From Macrostomum lignano (taxonomy: Eukaryota), in NCBI GenBank assembly GCA_002269645.1, contig NIVC01002285.1, forward strand, positions 122,835 through 186,834: DNA of 64,000 nucleotides, read 5' to 3'. Made by a program: the position numbers and the translations under genes. The notes under the pieces are model-generated. The model was not told the origin of the DNA, ran no database searches, and saw only the letters and a program-made list of their open reading frames with translations. This document shows, in pieces, positions 50,250 to 61,260 of the stretch. Each line of letters starts with the position of its first letter. Position 1 is the first letter of the stretch.

Positions 50250-50843
50250 TTACCGGCGGCGCAGTAGGGGTTGAAGAACATGCTTGAGAAAAAGGCTCAG
50301 AGAGGAAAACGCGCGCGAGAAAGGGCTGCTGCGAGCCCGACCATGTTGTCGCATCACCCAGTGGATGAACGAATTTAGATCCTTTCCACTAGCAAGTTTA
50401 AAAAACAAATAGAACAGAATCCAGACTCCACAGTGGGCGGTACGGGGATCCTGCACCGCATAACGCGTGTAACGCCAGTTTTTTGGATCTCCACAATTTC
50501 GGCTCATCCACTGGGAGATTTCAGGCAGCGGGTGCAAACCTAGCGGATCAAAGTATTCACCTATCCTAGCTCGTCTAACAGCGCCAATAGGGCCTGCACA
50601 GACCCAGACAGCAACCCAGTGTTTTCCGGGCAAATTCCTGGGGTCCGTGTTTACGATGAAAAAATAGTTACGCGTGTCTTGAAAGTACGGACTCGTGTTT
50701 AGAGTAGGGATCGTTGGTAGAGAATTGCTTGGGTAAACTCCCATAAAAACTGCATCAGGATAAATACGCAATAGTTTTAGGCAGACCGAGCGCAAAAACA
50801 CATTAGTTACGCCAGATAGAATAGTAGTGTTATCTACTTCCAT
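50250..50843 (-). CDS. Adenain-like cysteine maturation protease
   Basis: VNTDP...PGKHWVAV, EYFDPLG, VQ...HCG give the His/Asp/Gln/Cys catalytic set. Confidence 0.92.
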   Translation of the reverse strand: MEVDNTTILSGVTNVFLRSVCLKLLRIYPDAVFMGVYPSNSLPTIPTLNTSPYFQDTRNYFFIVNTDPRNLPGKHWVAVWVCAGPIGAVRRARIGEYFDPLGLHPLPEISQWMSRNCGDPKNWRYTRYAVQDPRTAHCGVWILFYLFFKLASGKDLNSFIHWVMRQHGRARSSPFSRAFSSLSLFLKHVLQPLLRRR

Positions 50844-51170
50844 ACAGATCCAGGTACCACGTCGCGGAACTCCGTCAGATGCAGCTGCTTGTCGAATAGT
50901 CCGCCCACGATGACGTTGTAGACTTTGTCCGTGGCAGTCGCGAAGCGTAGTTCCAATCGTACATTGCCCTCTTTATATACCTGTGCGCCAGCTCCGACAC
51001 CCACCTCACTGCCCAGTCCGAAGGCGTAGATAGTGTAGCCGGCTTTGTACTCTGCAATCGTGAACCCCAAGTCGCGGTTACGCAGATGCAACCCCAGCTG
51101 TTGCAAAAACCACCCGTACTCCAAAACGCAGTCCCCACTATCGCTGTAGTCGGTTTCGAGGGGAGTAGTA
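50834..51170 (-). pseudogene. Major capsid protein, C-terminal remnant
   Basis: EYKAGYTIYAFGL...GNVRLELRFATA...VIVGGLFDKQLHL..FRDV resembles Polinton MCP C-termini; sits directly upstream of adenain; 5' part missing. Confidence 0.7.
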
Positions 51171-51405
51171 GATAAAAATCGGACACGGAGGGTTTTTTTA
51201 AATACGAAAAATGTATGGTTGGTACATGGGCAATATACATGGGAGATAGCCGAAACTTCGGACAAATTTTCAACCCTCTCCCGATAGCAACTGGGGCGCA
51301 ATTTTCCTCTCTTCCACAAAGCGCAGACCTCCAGTTTCTCTTTCCCTCGCCGCCGACGCTAGTTGTTAAATTTCTAAAACAACTGTTCGTAAAGATAAAT
51401 TGCCT

Positions 51406-51584
51406 CCAAATCGTTCCAAATCGAAATTCCAGGTAAAGCATGCCACAGAACACAATGTCCAATCAAAAGGTCAGGAAGATAAAACTGACAACTTTTAAGT
51501 GAAACAGCTGGCCCCAAATCGCTCCAGATCGAAATGTCAGGGAAAGCAAGCCCCAGAACGCAATGTTCAATCAAAAGGTCAGGA
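51406..51584. repeat. Imperfect ~71-bp direct repeat, period 108, upstream of the gene X promoter
   Basis: CCAAATCG.TCCA.ATCGAAAT...CAATCAAAAGGTCAGGA at 51406 and 51514. Confidence 0.8.
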
Positions 51585-51746
51585 TGTTTGAACTTACAGC
51601 TTGATATGGCTTAAAAGCGTTTCGGGAGAAGTAAAGAATTCAGACGATTTGGGTGAACTATCCGGAAACCTTTTCAAAAAACAGTATATAAGGAAGTGGT
51701 GTTTTAGAATCTTCCGGAGCAGACCGAGGGAGACTAACCGACCATC

Positions 51747-52926
51747 ATGGCGTTTTTCGCTAAAGAAGAAGTCTTAAGCGCACAGCAGTTTGTTTCACCC
51801 GAGACGCGGCCTACAATCCATGTCGAGCCAGCTTCTTCGCCCAAGTTTGCCAACAACTGTCAGTTCCGCGCTCTCTCTTGGACTCCGGTGGGCGACAAGC
51901 ACGAGAAACTACCGATTCTACTGCAGTCTCAACAGCCGATTCTACTCTTTCGCGGTTTGCACCGAACAGACAGCGGTGCGGGCACAGAACACTCGGTCAA
52001 CGAAGGACGAGAAGCTATCGCACTTGGTTTTCAAGCCAAGGGCATTTGCCCTCAGCTGGTTTCAACTTTGAGGTAAATACAATCCGATTCTTTGGTTTGT
52101 GAACCGCATCCCAGGTTAGAAATTAAAGTTTACTGCAATTTTCTTACGTTGCTATCTGTCATATTCTTTCCAGAGCGATCGAGAAGTCGATCGAGAAGGC
52201 ACTTCACCAGCAATCTGACCGAATGGGGCTCATTAGACTCACTAAGAGTCCTGACGCGAGCGGTGCCAACCCAATTACCTGGATCGGCATCAAGCCCAAC
52301 TATCCATGCACAACATTCTCCACCAACGAGGGCAGCCGCACAATCCAAGAGGTTTCGCCCCGAGACTTCAGCGAGCGAAGCGGACTCTACCAGATCACGG
52401 TGCAAATCACTTCGCTCTACCTTCCGAAGGGGCGCCAGCCTGGCGACTTGCCGCCTGCATCCGATCTCTGGTGTGGCTGTCTGATGGAAACACTACCGGC
52501 CTGATAGGGAACCTGCAGGGACCTCTGTCCGAGTATCGGATTGTGCATGAACATAGCAACGAGGAGAAAATTTCAAGTTTGCCTACTCCAAGTCTTCTCA
52601 CTGCCACCGGCAAGAATCGAAGTGAGAGCAGCACCACGCCGAAGAAGAAGAGGAGAACCTCATCACCACCGCCGCCACCAAGCAAGAATTCGAAACGTCC
52701 AAGGCCTGCCGCGAGCGCTCCTAAGAACCAGCCTGCTTGCAAAGGTGGACCAGCAAGCGATCCCGACTGGGCTGAAGTACCGGCAGTCAAGAAGCTCGTA
52801 AGTTCGCCTACGGTTCAGCCGGGAAAGCGAGTCGCCTCTAAGGATCTCTCGTACGCCAAGCAGCTAGCTGGAGCTGAAGCCTCGAGCAACAGATCCTCCG
52901 ATTCGGATTGCAGTCTGTTCGCTTAA
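51747..52926 (+). CDS. Gene X of element B, two exons, possible ssDNA-binding protein; one frameshift near 52470
   Basis: TATATAAG at 51685; intron 52073-52173 joins frames (TLR|AIEK); C-terminal PKKKRR and an acidic/Ser tail. Function is inferred. Confidence 0.55.
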
Positions 52927-53452
52927 GCTCCAACTGGTGTCATTGCTGCGAGGGACTTTTTCAGCATGTCTGACGTCTCGCACTATCATAAACTTTAACT
53001 ATTTCTGGCAAATTTTTAGTAGCAAGGACGAGCACCTGAATATTCGTAAACATTTAAATAGATCGGCTCGCCTTGGATTCAACTTCCTCACATGTTTTAA
53101 AGCATATAGCTCGGGTTTTCTAGCCTATCCTTTTAAACACAAATTGTTATTTTCATTAGATGCTCTACGTCGTTTACATCGCTTTTCTTCTCGTCAATCT
53201 GCTGCTTGGCTTTTAGACTGCAAGGCTGGTTTACTCGCCTTAGTGCTTATCTTTAGCAATTCGCCTGCCTACCTACTGCTATCCGCGAGACATTTAGCCT
53301 GACTGCAATAGCGCTTTTGCTAACTACCCGACTTAATATTATTATAATAAACTGATGACCAAGTTCTTTGTCTTACCACGACTTATTCAGACTTATTTCT
53401 GGTTTGAAATTTTCAGAGAATTGTTCAGAGTGTCGGGAGCGCACAACTGGAT

Positions 53453-54025
53453 TTGAGCGGTTCCGATGGACTAGATTTATTTCAGCTTCAGCTAAAACTG
53501 CTAAAAAGCGGATTCAATTGCAAACTCTATTTTGGACGACCCTCTATGCTGAGAGTTGCTACGAGTGCTGGCTATACTATGCAAATCTATCCTGGTGGAA
53601 AAATTACAATTTTTCGATGTGCATCAAATCTCAAATTAATATCCACACTCCTGGCAATTCACAATTCTGTTTTTAAGCTGGATTTTAATTCAATACGTAT
53701 TCAAACCTCAACATATGTTGGTGAATATGAATTTTATAGCGCAACAGACAGATTTTTTATGCTAAAATTAAGAATTGGATGTTTCATTGGTTTCACTGTG
53801 AGCTACGATGCAGAAACTTTTCCTCAAGCCGTGCGATTGCGCTGCAGCTGGAATAAACGTTTGTTTGCAAATTTGTTTTGTTCAAAAAAGCTGGTCATAA
53901 TGGGCCCAGCAAATGCCCAAGAACTCTCCTCTATTTTATCATGTATTGAAACATACTTAAAGCTTTCGATTCCTAATTCAACGCATAATATCTTGCAGTC
54001 AATCGATCCTATATCCAACAACTAG
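53453..54025 (+). CDS. TATA-binding-protein-like protein, element B
   Basis: Two TBP-like repeats: LDLFQL...GRPSML...QIYPGGKITIF, and IRIQT...SYDAETFPQAV...ANLFCSKKLVIMG (cf. SYEPELFPGLI...LIFVSGKVVLTG). Start uncertain; ATG at ~53356 is out of frame. Confidence 0.75.
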   Translation: MSGSDGLDLFQLQLKLLKSGFNCKLYFGRPSMLRVATSAGYTMQIYPGGKITIFRCASNLKLISTLLAIHNSVFKLDFNSIRIQTSTYVGEYEFYSATDRFFMLKLRIGCFIGFTVSYDAETFPQAVRLRCSWNKRLFANLFCSKKLVIMGPANAQELSSILSCIETYLKLSIPNSTHNILQSIDPISNN

Positions 54026-54034
54026 TAATCTGAA

Positions 54035-54714
54035 ATGGCAAATATCGTTTTTGCACCGAGCGTCTTCATCCTTGAAGGACTGTTGGGAGCGGGCAAATCC
54101 ACCGTACTGCATAATTTGGCACTACGATCAAGACTAGACAACTGGAGGAAGCGTGCTCATTTTCTGCCGGTGCAAATTTTTGCCGCAGCGAGGGTCCTTT
54201 TTGCGGCGCCCTGGAGAAGTTTTATTCTGGTGAACTGTCAGCATTTGCTTTTCAAACGTTGGTGTACCAAGAGCTGATGGGACGCGACATGGCCGCAGTT
54301 CAATTTGCGACAAACGAGGTGAAGGAGGGCCGCCAGCCGATTGATCTGATAGTGATGGACCGACACCTACGATCCGGAATTGCCTTTTCAAATCTGTTGT
54401 ACAAACAGGATCGGTTGACTAACTTTGAACTGAATCTGATGATTCGGTTGTATGAAATGTTTACCAACTGCTTTCAATCTGATGCCACACTAATCTATCT
54501 GGACATCACACCCGAGCTTGCACTGGAGCGCATTCAACAGCGAAACCGAGGTGGGGAGCAGCACATTACACTGAGTTATCTTGAACAACTACGGGAGGAG
54601 CTGCATGCACAGTTTGCTCTTTTCAAAACTGTGCACAAGATCCGAGTGCTGCCAGAGACTACTCTTGAGGATGTTGTGGACACAGTTTGCAAGATTATTA
54701 ATCCTTCTGGCTGA
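54035..54714 (+). pseudogene. Deoxynucleoside kinase family, element B (one frameshift near 54160)
   Basis: EGLLGAGKST, AFQ, VMDRH, IYLDITPELALERIQQRNRGGEQHITLSYL. Confidence 0.85.
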
Positions 54715-54949
54715 GTGACTCGCGTTTTGACTCGCCTTAATTGCTACATGAAGACAATCTGAAATGTGATTTAATAAAACAGTTGGCCCTTGATTATTCG
54801 ATTATTCCTTGACCAGCATCAAGGAACAAGTTGGGAATTCCCTACTTGTTGGCCATGCCATCAAAGCGCGTTCGTTCTTTTTTAATTCCATACTGCATTT
54901 TAGTCCTAAAAATCATCAAAATTCTTGCATTATTTGTTTAATATTAACC

Positions 54950-55718
54950 ATGATAAAAGCACGTTTTTTAAAGAAAAAAAAATTGTTATTCCAGCCAAGA
55001 GCTCGCTGCCTGGTTTGTCGAAAGACCTTCCGCAATGTGGCTGCGCTGCATGCTCACTCGCATGGAGAATGCTTTGCGCCAGATCGACTGTTGGAGGGGC
55101 CATTCGAGGAGCTTCAGGCGCACCCACCAGACGGTTGGTCTGTTCACCTGGAAGAAAGTGCGCATCAGGGGCGAGCCAACTTTCTGCAGTTTGTTCCTAA
55201 TTCCGCTGAATCTCCATCGCAAACATCCGCCACCACCGACGACCTTCTACCTGCCGACAAGCTGAACCAGCTGCGCGCCCCAATCTATTGGCTTTTCAAT
55301 ATGACTTTACAAAAAGGACTGATGTTGAGAACATGTCTGCATGTCAAGGTGAAGCTGTTTCGGATGCTGGCGGATTTGCGGCAACACCCCGATCTCTCAA
55401 CAGGCGCTTTAAATTCACCAGCAACTGAAATAATCTCTGCATATTTCAACAGTCACATGGTTACAATTTCACTGGATAAAGAGGGCACCGGTACTGGCGA
55501 ACTGTCTGAGGAGAGTTTCAACGACTGGTTTATGCGTGCAATCACCGAAGTGACAAGCAAAATTGACAGCTTCCAGAAACGTGGCAGTGGTTGGAAGTAT
55601 GACAGCATTGAACAGCTTGACCTGATGCTATGCCCCTATAGGAAGTCTCGTTCTCGGCCAAGCTACAACCCGGGCAGTAGGAATTCCACAGCGGCAGAGC
55701 AACAGCTGGGCGGTGGTA

Positions 55719-55753
<35 letters not shown>

Positions 55754-58700
55754 GCCAGAACATTTAAAGTCCCGTTGTCGGTTGGATGCAAGAGAGGAGC
55801 CGTAATATTTTTGAAGCCAAACAATAATCGGCAGCCTAACTGCTTCAAGTATGCAATCGTAGCAAGCATCTTTTATGCCCAAGTGAAGCGTCCTCATTTG
55901 AAGAGCAGCTATACAGAACATTTGCGAGAATTGGATTTTGGAACTAAATTACAAGTCGGATCAGCGAGACATGCCAAATGCTCATATATTAAATTTTTGA
56001 ACAAAAATCCAGGGTTAAGTTTGCGTGTATTCGTTTGGGATTACGAAGCAAAGACTGCCGTGCATTACTTTTCGCGCCACTGTTCCCCGGAGACAGCCCG
56101 CTTCATGGCAAACTGTTTGTTCATCCCACCATATGGCAAATTCAAGCTGGGCCACTACATGCCTGTTCGTAATTTGAACTCACTTCTAAGCTGCCGAGGC
56201 AAACGACGGCGTGTCTGCCCAACTTGCCTGGCTCCGTTTTCGGAAAAAATATCATGGGACTTCATTCTGAACGAGCACCAATGCATCGGAGGGTGCGAGA
56301 GCCAGTCCTCGCTCCGCTGGATGTCCGAGCCGCTGCCACAAATACGGGAGGTGCGCAGGCCGCCAATTGAGAAGATGCCTCTGCCGGAGAATGCTAGTCT
56401 TGAGTTTACCGAACATGCTGCAAGGCTGCCGGCGCTGTACGTAGTTTATGCCGACATGGAATGCCTATGTGCACCGCCGGACGCCAGCGCTCCACATGTG
56501 GGAGCCTCTCAAAAGATTCGCGAGATCCACAAACCGCTTTGCATCGGTTATCGGGTGGTGGCCTGTCCCGGAGTTGAAAGCCGGCTGCCTTCACTATATG
56601 GCGAAAGGTCCGCCTGTTCGGTTATCTATTCGCGGCCCAACGGTGGAGATGATTGCATTGGGCTGTTTTTGATCAAGCTCCGCCAGCTAGCAAGCGAGAT
56701 CTACCGACACGCCAAGGATGAAACATATGTTCCTTTGCTTAAAAAATATCTTCATCTGACGGACCGTGTCGAGAAGCGGCGCCACAAGCATTGTCAGCTA
56801 TGTAATCGCGTTTTTGAGCTTGATGAACGCCAAGTCCTGGATCACGATCATCTTACTGGCCTGCCTAGGGGAGTTTTGTGTGTCAGCTGCAATCGCAAAT
56901 TGAGCTTGAATCGCCACCGGCTGTTGGTCTATTTTCACAACCTGTCGGCATATGATGGCAAGTTTATTGTTCGCCAAGTTTACGAAACCTTTTCCGGTGA
57001 AGAAGTTAAACTTTATGTTTTGCCTGAAAATCGCGAGCGATTCAAAACGTTCTCTATCAAGTTCAAGCTGCCTGCTGCTGATGGGCAGCACCACGTTTGG
57101 TTTGAAATCTGCTTCAAGGACACTTTTGCGTATTTACCAACTAGCCTAGCAAGTCTAGCTGAACGCCTGCTCCCTTCTCAGCTGGTGCACACAAGCAAAC
57201 TATTGGAGCAATACCCGAGACTACGACCGGAGACGTTGCAGCAGAAGGGAGTTTTTCCCTATTCGTTCCTTGATCGAATGGACAAATTGGACAGCGTAAA
57301 ATCTCTGCCAGCAAAGGAGAGGTTTTTCAATAGACTAACAATGCAGCATTGCTCTGACGCCGACTACGCTCGAGCCAAGGCCAGCTGGGAGGAATTCGGC
57401 TGCCACACTCTGCGTGACTACACTACTGCCTACCTGCGATTGGATGTGCTTTTGCTCTGCGACGTGTTTGAAAATTTCAGAAATAATGCAATCAAAGAGT
57501 ATCAAATTGATCCCGCTCATTTTCTTGGCTCTCCAATGTACAGCCTGGCGGCGTGCTTGCTTCAACTTGCAGAGCCAATTCAACTCTTCACTGATACAGC
57601 CATGTATGCTGAAATTGAGAGCTCTGTGCGCGGCGGTTTCAGCTTTGGGACACGTCACGTAACCACAGCAAATAACTCGTTGGTTTCGCTCATTCGTCAA
57701 GATTTGGACAGGGACGAGGGCAACTTTGCGAGCCTGAGGGCAAATGCACCAGAAAACACCTTTTTGGTTTACTTGGATGCAAACTCGCTCTATTCTAGTT
57801 GCATGGTACAACCTCTACCATACAAGAACTTTCGTTGGCTTTCTGCTCGAGATGTGAATCGCATACCATGCGATAACACCCCCGGCGCAGGCTATTACCT
57901 CGAAAATCCGCAAGTGAAGAGTCAAATGCTAGACTGGCTGACGAAGTTTTGTTCTGAGGAGCGAGGAGCTTATTTCACAGTCGATCTGCATTATCCCGAG
58001 TTTCTACACGATAGCACTGCTGACCTCCCACTGGCGATTGGGCACGAGATTGTGAGAGAAGATCGGCTGACGGATCAAATGCGGCAAGATTGGACAGCAC
58101 TTCAACGACAACTGAACCCCGAGCGATATGCCTCTGCCAGCTGTTACCAAGACGTGAAGGCATTCAAGAGCCCTGCGCGCAAGCTCATCGGTTCTGTCGA
58201 GCACAAGCGCGAATATGTGTTGCACCACCGTGCATTGCGACTTTACCTCGAGTTGGGGATGCGAGTCACAAGGGTCTATCGCGTCATCTGTTTCACCGAG
58301 AAGCCAATATTACGCTCTTACATTGAGCGCAACATTAGCCGACGAATAGAAGCCAAGACGGAATTTGAACGTGATCTGTTCAAGCTACTCAACAATGCTT
58401 TGTTTGGCAAGTTTCTGCAACGTGTTCGTGACCGATTGTGCTTCAAGATGTGCACCGACGCTGCAAAGCTGGAGTCCTATGTCAGCATGGAAAGCTTCCT
58501 AGATGTTATCATTTACAACGAGAATTTGGCGGGAGTTAGTCTATCTCCTCGTCAAGTTTTGCTTAACAAGCCAATTATCATTGGCGCGTCAATTCTGGAC
58601 ATTGCCAAAACTATGGTTTACAATTTTTATTACAACCATGTTCAGGCTCATCATTCGCTTTCATGTGCACGCGTTCTGGCAGGCGACACCGACAGTCTGA

Positions 58701-59230
58701 TGATGGCACTGGTGATGCGCAGACCTGGTGACACGCCCTATAATTCATTGTTCAAGGACCTGATCGCTCAAGGACTACTTGATACCAGCAACTATCCGCC
58801 GGATCATGCCCTTTATTCTACCCAACACAAGGGTCGGCTGCTTGCATGGAAAGACGAATTTGCTGGAGCGGTTCCAATCGAGTTGGTATTTTTACGACCA
58901 AAGAACTACTCTTTTCTCTACGTTACCGATACGATTCGGCAACTCTCTCGATGCAAAGGCGTGAGCAAGCAAGTGGCTCGCACGTTCAAGCACACGGCCT
59001 ACCTCTCGGTCTTGGAGAAGAGAAGAGTGATGTATGCAAGCTTCGCTCGAATTGCTTCTAAGAAGAAAGTTGTTTTTCTCATGGAACAGAAGAAGCTCGC
59101 GCTCGGATTTTTTGATACAAAGCGCGCTTGGACAACCCTCCTTGCTTCTCAACCATTCGGACATTGGCGGCTGCGAGCAGCATGCGAAACGCAGGCAAGA
59201 ATTACTTTCTTGATACTGTTTAGCATCTAG
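54950..59230 (+). CDS. Protein-primed DNA polymerase B (EndoVII type), element B, intact
   Basis: Uninterrupted ORF; N-terminal CLVC...HAH zinc finger, NCFKYA/GHY OTU-like dyad, YADME, DHDHLTG..RG.LC..CN, FHNLSAYD, YLDANSLY, KLLNNALFGK, AGDTDSL, RPKNY. Confidence 0.95.
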
Positions 59231-59657
59231 ATGATACAGTAGCATCTTTAGCTTAATATTTTTTCGTTTTTTTAATTTCAGGCAACAATCGATTCGGAAA
59301 AGGAGGACTATTCGATGGATGAAAATTGACTTTTGCTTTGTACATTAACACCATATATGCCAGGCATCGTGTGTAGACTAGTCATCATTTTAGCATGGTG
59401 TCCTATCTCTTGAGGTTCACTCATTTTCGTTGGCTGACACAGCGCTCTAGAATAAATGTGTATTGAATGACTAACGAACGTGATTGGTTTTTCGCTCCTT
59501 CTTTTGCAAGAGTATATAAGCCCAGATGTTGAGACTTTAGTTTAACTTTTGTCCGAAAAATGCAGTCGTCCTCTTCGCCTAGCCAACCGAGTTTAAGAAG
59601 TAGGAAAAGCCAATTATCGAAACTGTTCATTTCGCCATATACACAAACGAGTGGTTT

Positions 59658-60428
59658 GTGCAATTTCCCAGTCCCGCCACCAACTCCCACTCCGAGAATG
59701 CAAACAAAAAATTTATTTTCAATGTTTCAGCCAGTACAATGCAGCGCCAGCAGCAAGAATCTCTAAATCCAAGTGACACTAGCAGCTGTAAAGACGCAGC
59801 GCCAGTTCCGCTACGCCTAAATCCCGATTGGTGTCAACAATACCTCGCAGGCTCACCACCGATCGAGAAAAATCTAATTGTCCGCCTTCTCAGCAATCAT
59901 GCTGCGGTTCCGGCCAGACAGACAGAGGGCTCTATCGGGTATGATCTGACTGCAGCCGAGACCAAGACCGTCCCTGCGCAGGGACGAGCGATTTTTGATA
60001 TTGGGATTTCAGTCCGAGTACCGGCTGGCACCTATGGAAGAATCGCTGGGCGCTCTGGTCTGTCAGCGTTTCACGGAATCACGGTGGGCGGCGGAGTAAT
60101 TGACCCAGACTACTGCGGACGAATTACGGTGATTCTCTTCAACCACGGCATACGAGACTATCATGTTCGCATCGGCGAAAGGATTGCGCAGCTGGTTCTG
60201 GAGAAGGCGGAAATCGCTCCGGTCAAGGTAGAGAACTACACTATCGCTCGCGGGAAGAAGCGTGAAGCGCTGGACAACCAGCGTCAGTTGTCAGCGTCAG
60301 CATCGTCAGTTGCGGAGACCGCCAAGGTTGATGAAGAAGAGAAGATGAAGAATCTGGCGGACGCAATCGTTCAACAAGAAGCTTGCAAGCAGCGGGGCGA
60401 TTCAGGCTTTGGCAGCACGGGGATGTAA
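59658..60428 (+). CDS. dut: dUTPase, element B (start uncertain)
   Basis: GYDL, GRIAGRSG, GVIDPDYCG, GERIAQL, RGDSGFGSTG. Confidence 0.93.
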   Translation: MQFPSPATNSHSENANKKFIFNVSASTMQRQQQESLNPSDTSSCKDAAPVPLRLNPDWCQQYLAGSPPIEKNLIVRLLSNHAAVPARQTEGSIGYDLTAAETKTVPAQGRAIFDIGISVRVPAGTYGRIAGRSGLSAFHGITVGGGVIDPDYCGRITVILFNHGIRDYHVRIGERIAQLVLEKAEIAPVKVENYTIARGKKREALDNQRQLSASASSVAETAKVDEEEKMKNLADAIVQQEACKQRGDSGFGSTGM

Positions 60429-60494
60429 AGATTGCAGGTTTAAATTGCGCGCAAGAGCGGTAGTATCTGGAAATTACTGCAGTTCATTCTTTTT

Positions 60495-60708
60495 TTCAAG
60501 AATAAACAATTCTGCATGCATATAAAGACTATAAGTTATGCTCCAAAATTGCAAGGAACAAATATATCTGTATCTGAATCCTTAACGCATATAAGCTATC
60601 TTTTATTCAAGAATAAACAATTCTGCATGCATATAAAGACTATAAGTTATGCTCCAAAATTGCAAGGAACAAATATATCTGTATCTGAATCCTTAACGCA
60701 TATAAGCT
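60495..60708. repeat. Perfect 111-bp tandem duplication upstream of PLA2X
   Basis: TTCAAGAATAAACAATTCTGC...GCATATAAGCTA repeated at offset 111. Confidence 0.95.
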
Positions 60709-60760
60709 AAACTAAATTATTTGCTATTGGTTTTCAAGTCTTTACTATTTAAGCAACAAA

Positions 60761-61254
60761 ATGTACGCATCAAAACGCAGAAAAGGTGTCTGCAAGCAAA
60801 AGAGGAAATCTGTCCCGAATCGGAAATCGCGCTCTAGCAAACGTGTTCAGAGAGGATCTGGGATTGTAAACTGGTTAATCAATCACCTACCATTTGAGGT
60901 CCACCTCCCTGGTTACAATTTTTGTGGACCGTAAGTGAGCCAAACTTTTTCATGATTTAGTTTGACACTGTTCTAACTAGGAAGTATTAAATTCGCTCTT
61001 AATTAAGGGGCACGCGGTTGCGAAAACGGCTTGCGGAAGGACAGCGAGGGAAAAACCGGTTGGATGATCTTTGCCTACTACATGATGTTGCATACGAAAA
61101 GAGCTCGGACACAAACTCTCGTCTGGAAGCTGATCGGTTGTTAGAAGCCGGAGCTAGAGAGATTATAAGCGATCCGAATACTGGGTGGGGAGAACGCCTT
61201 GCTTCAAAATTCGTGGCTAAGGTGATGCACGCTAAGCAGCGATTGGCAGCCTGA
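60761..61254 (+). CDS. Basic N-terminus plus parvovirus-type PLA2 (PLA2X), element B, two exons
   Basis: Exon 60761-60930, intron 60931-61007 (GTAAGT...CTAAC...AAG), exon 61008-61254; splices to LPGYNFCGP|GTRL...LHDVAY. Confidence 0.88.
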
Positions 61255-61260
61255 ACACAA

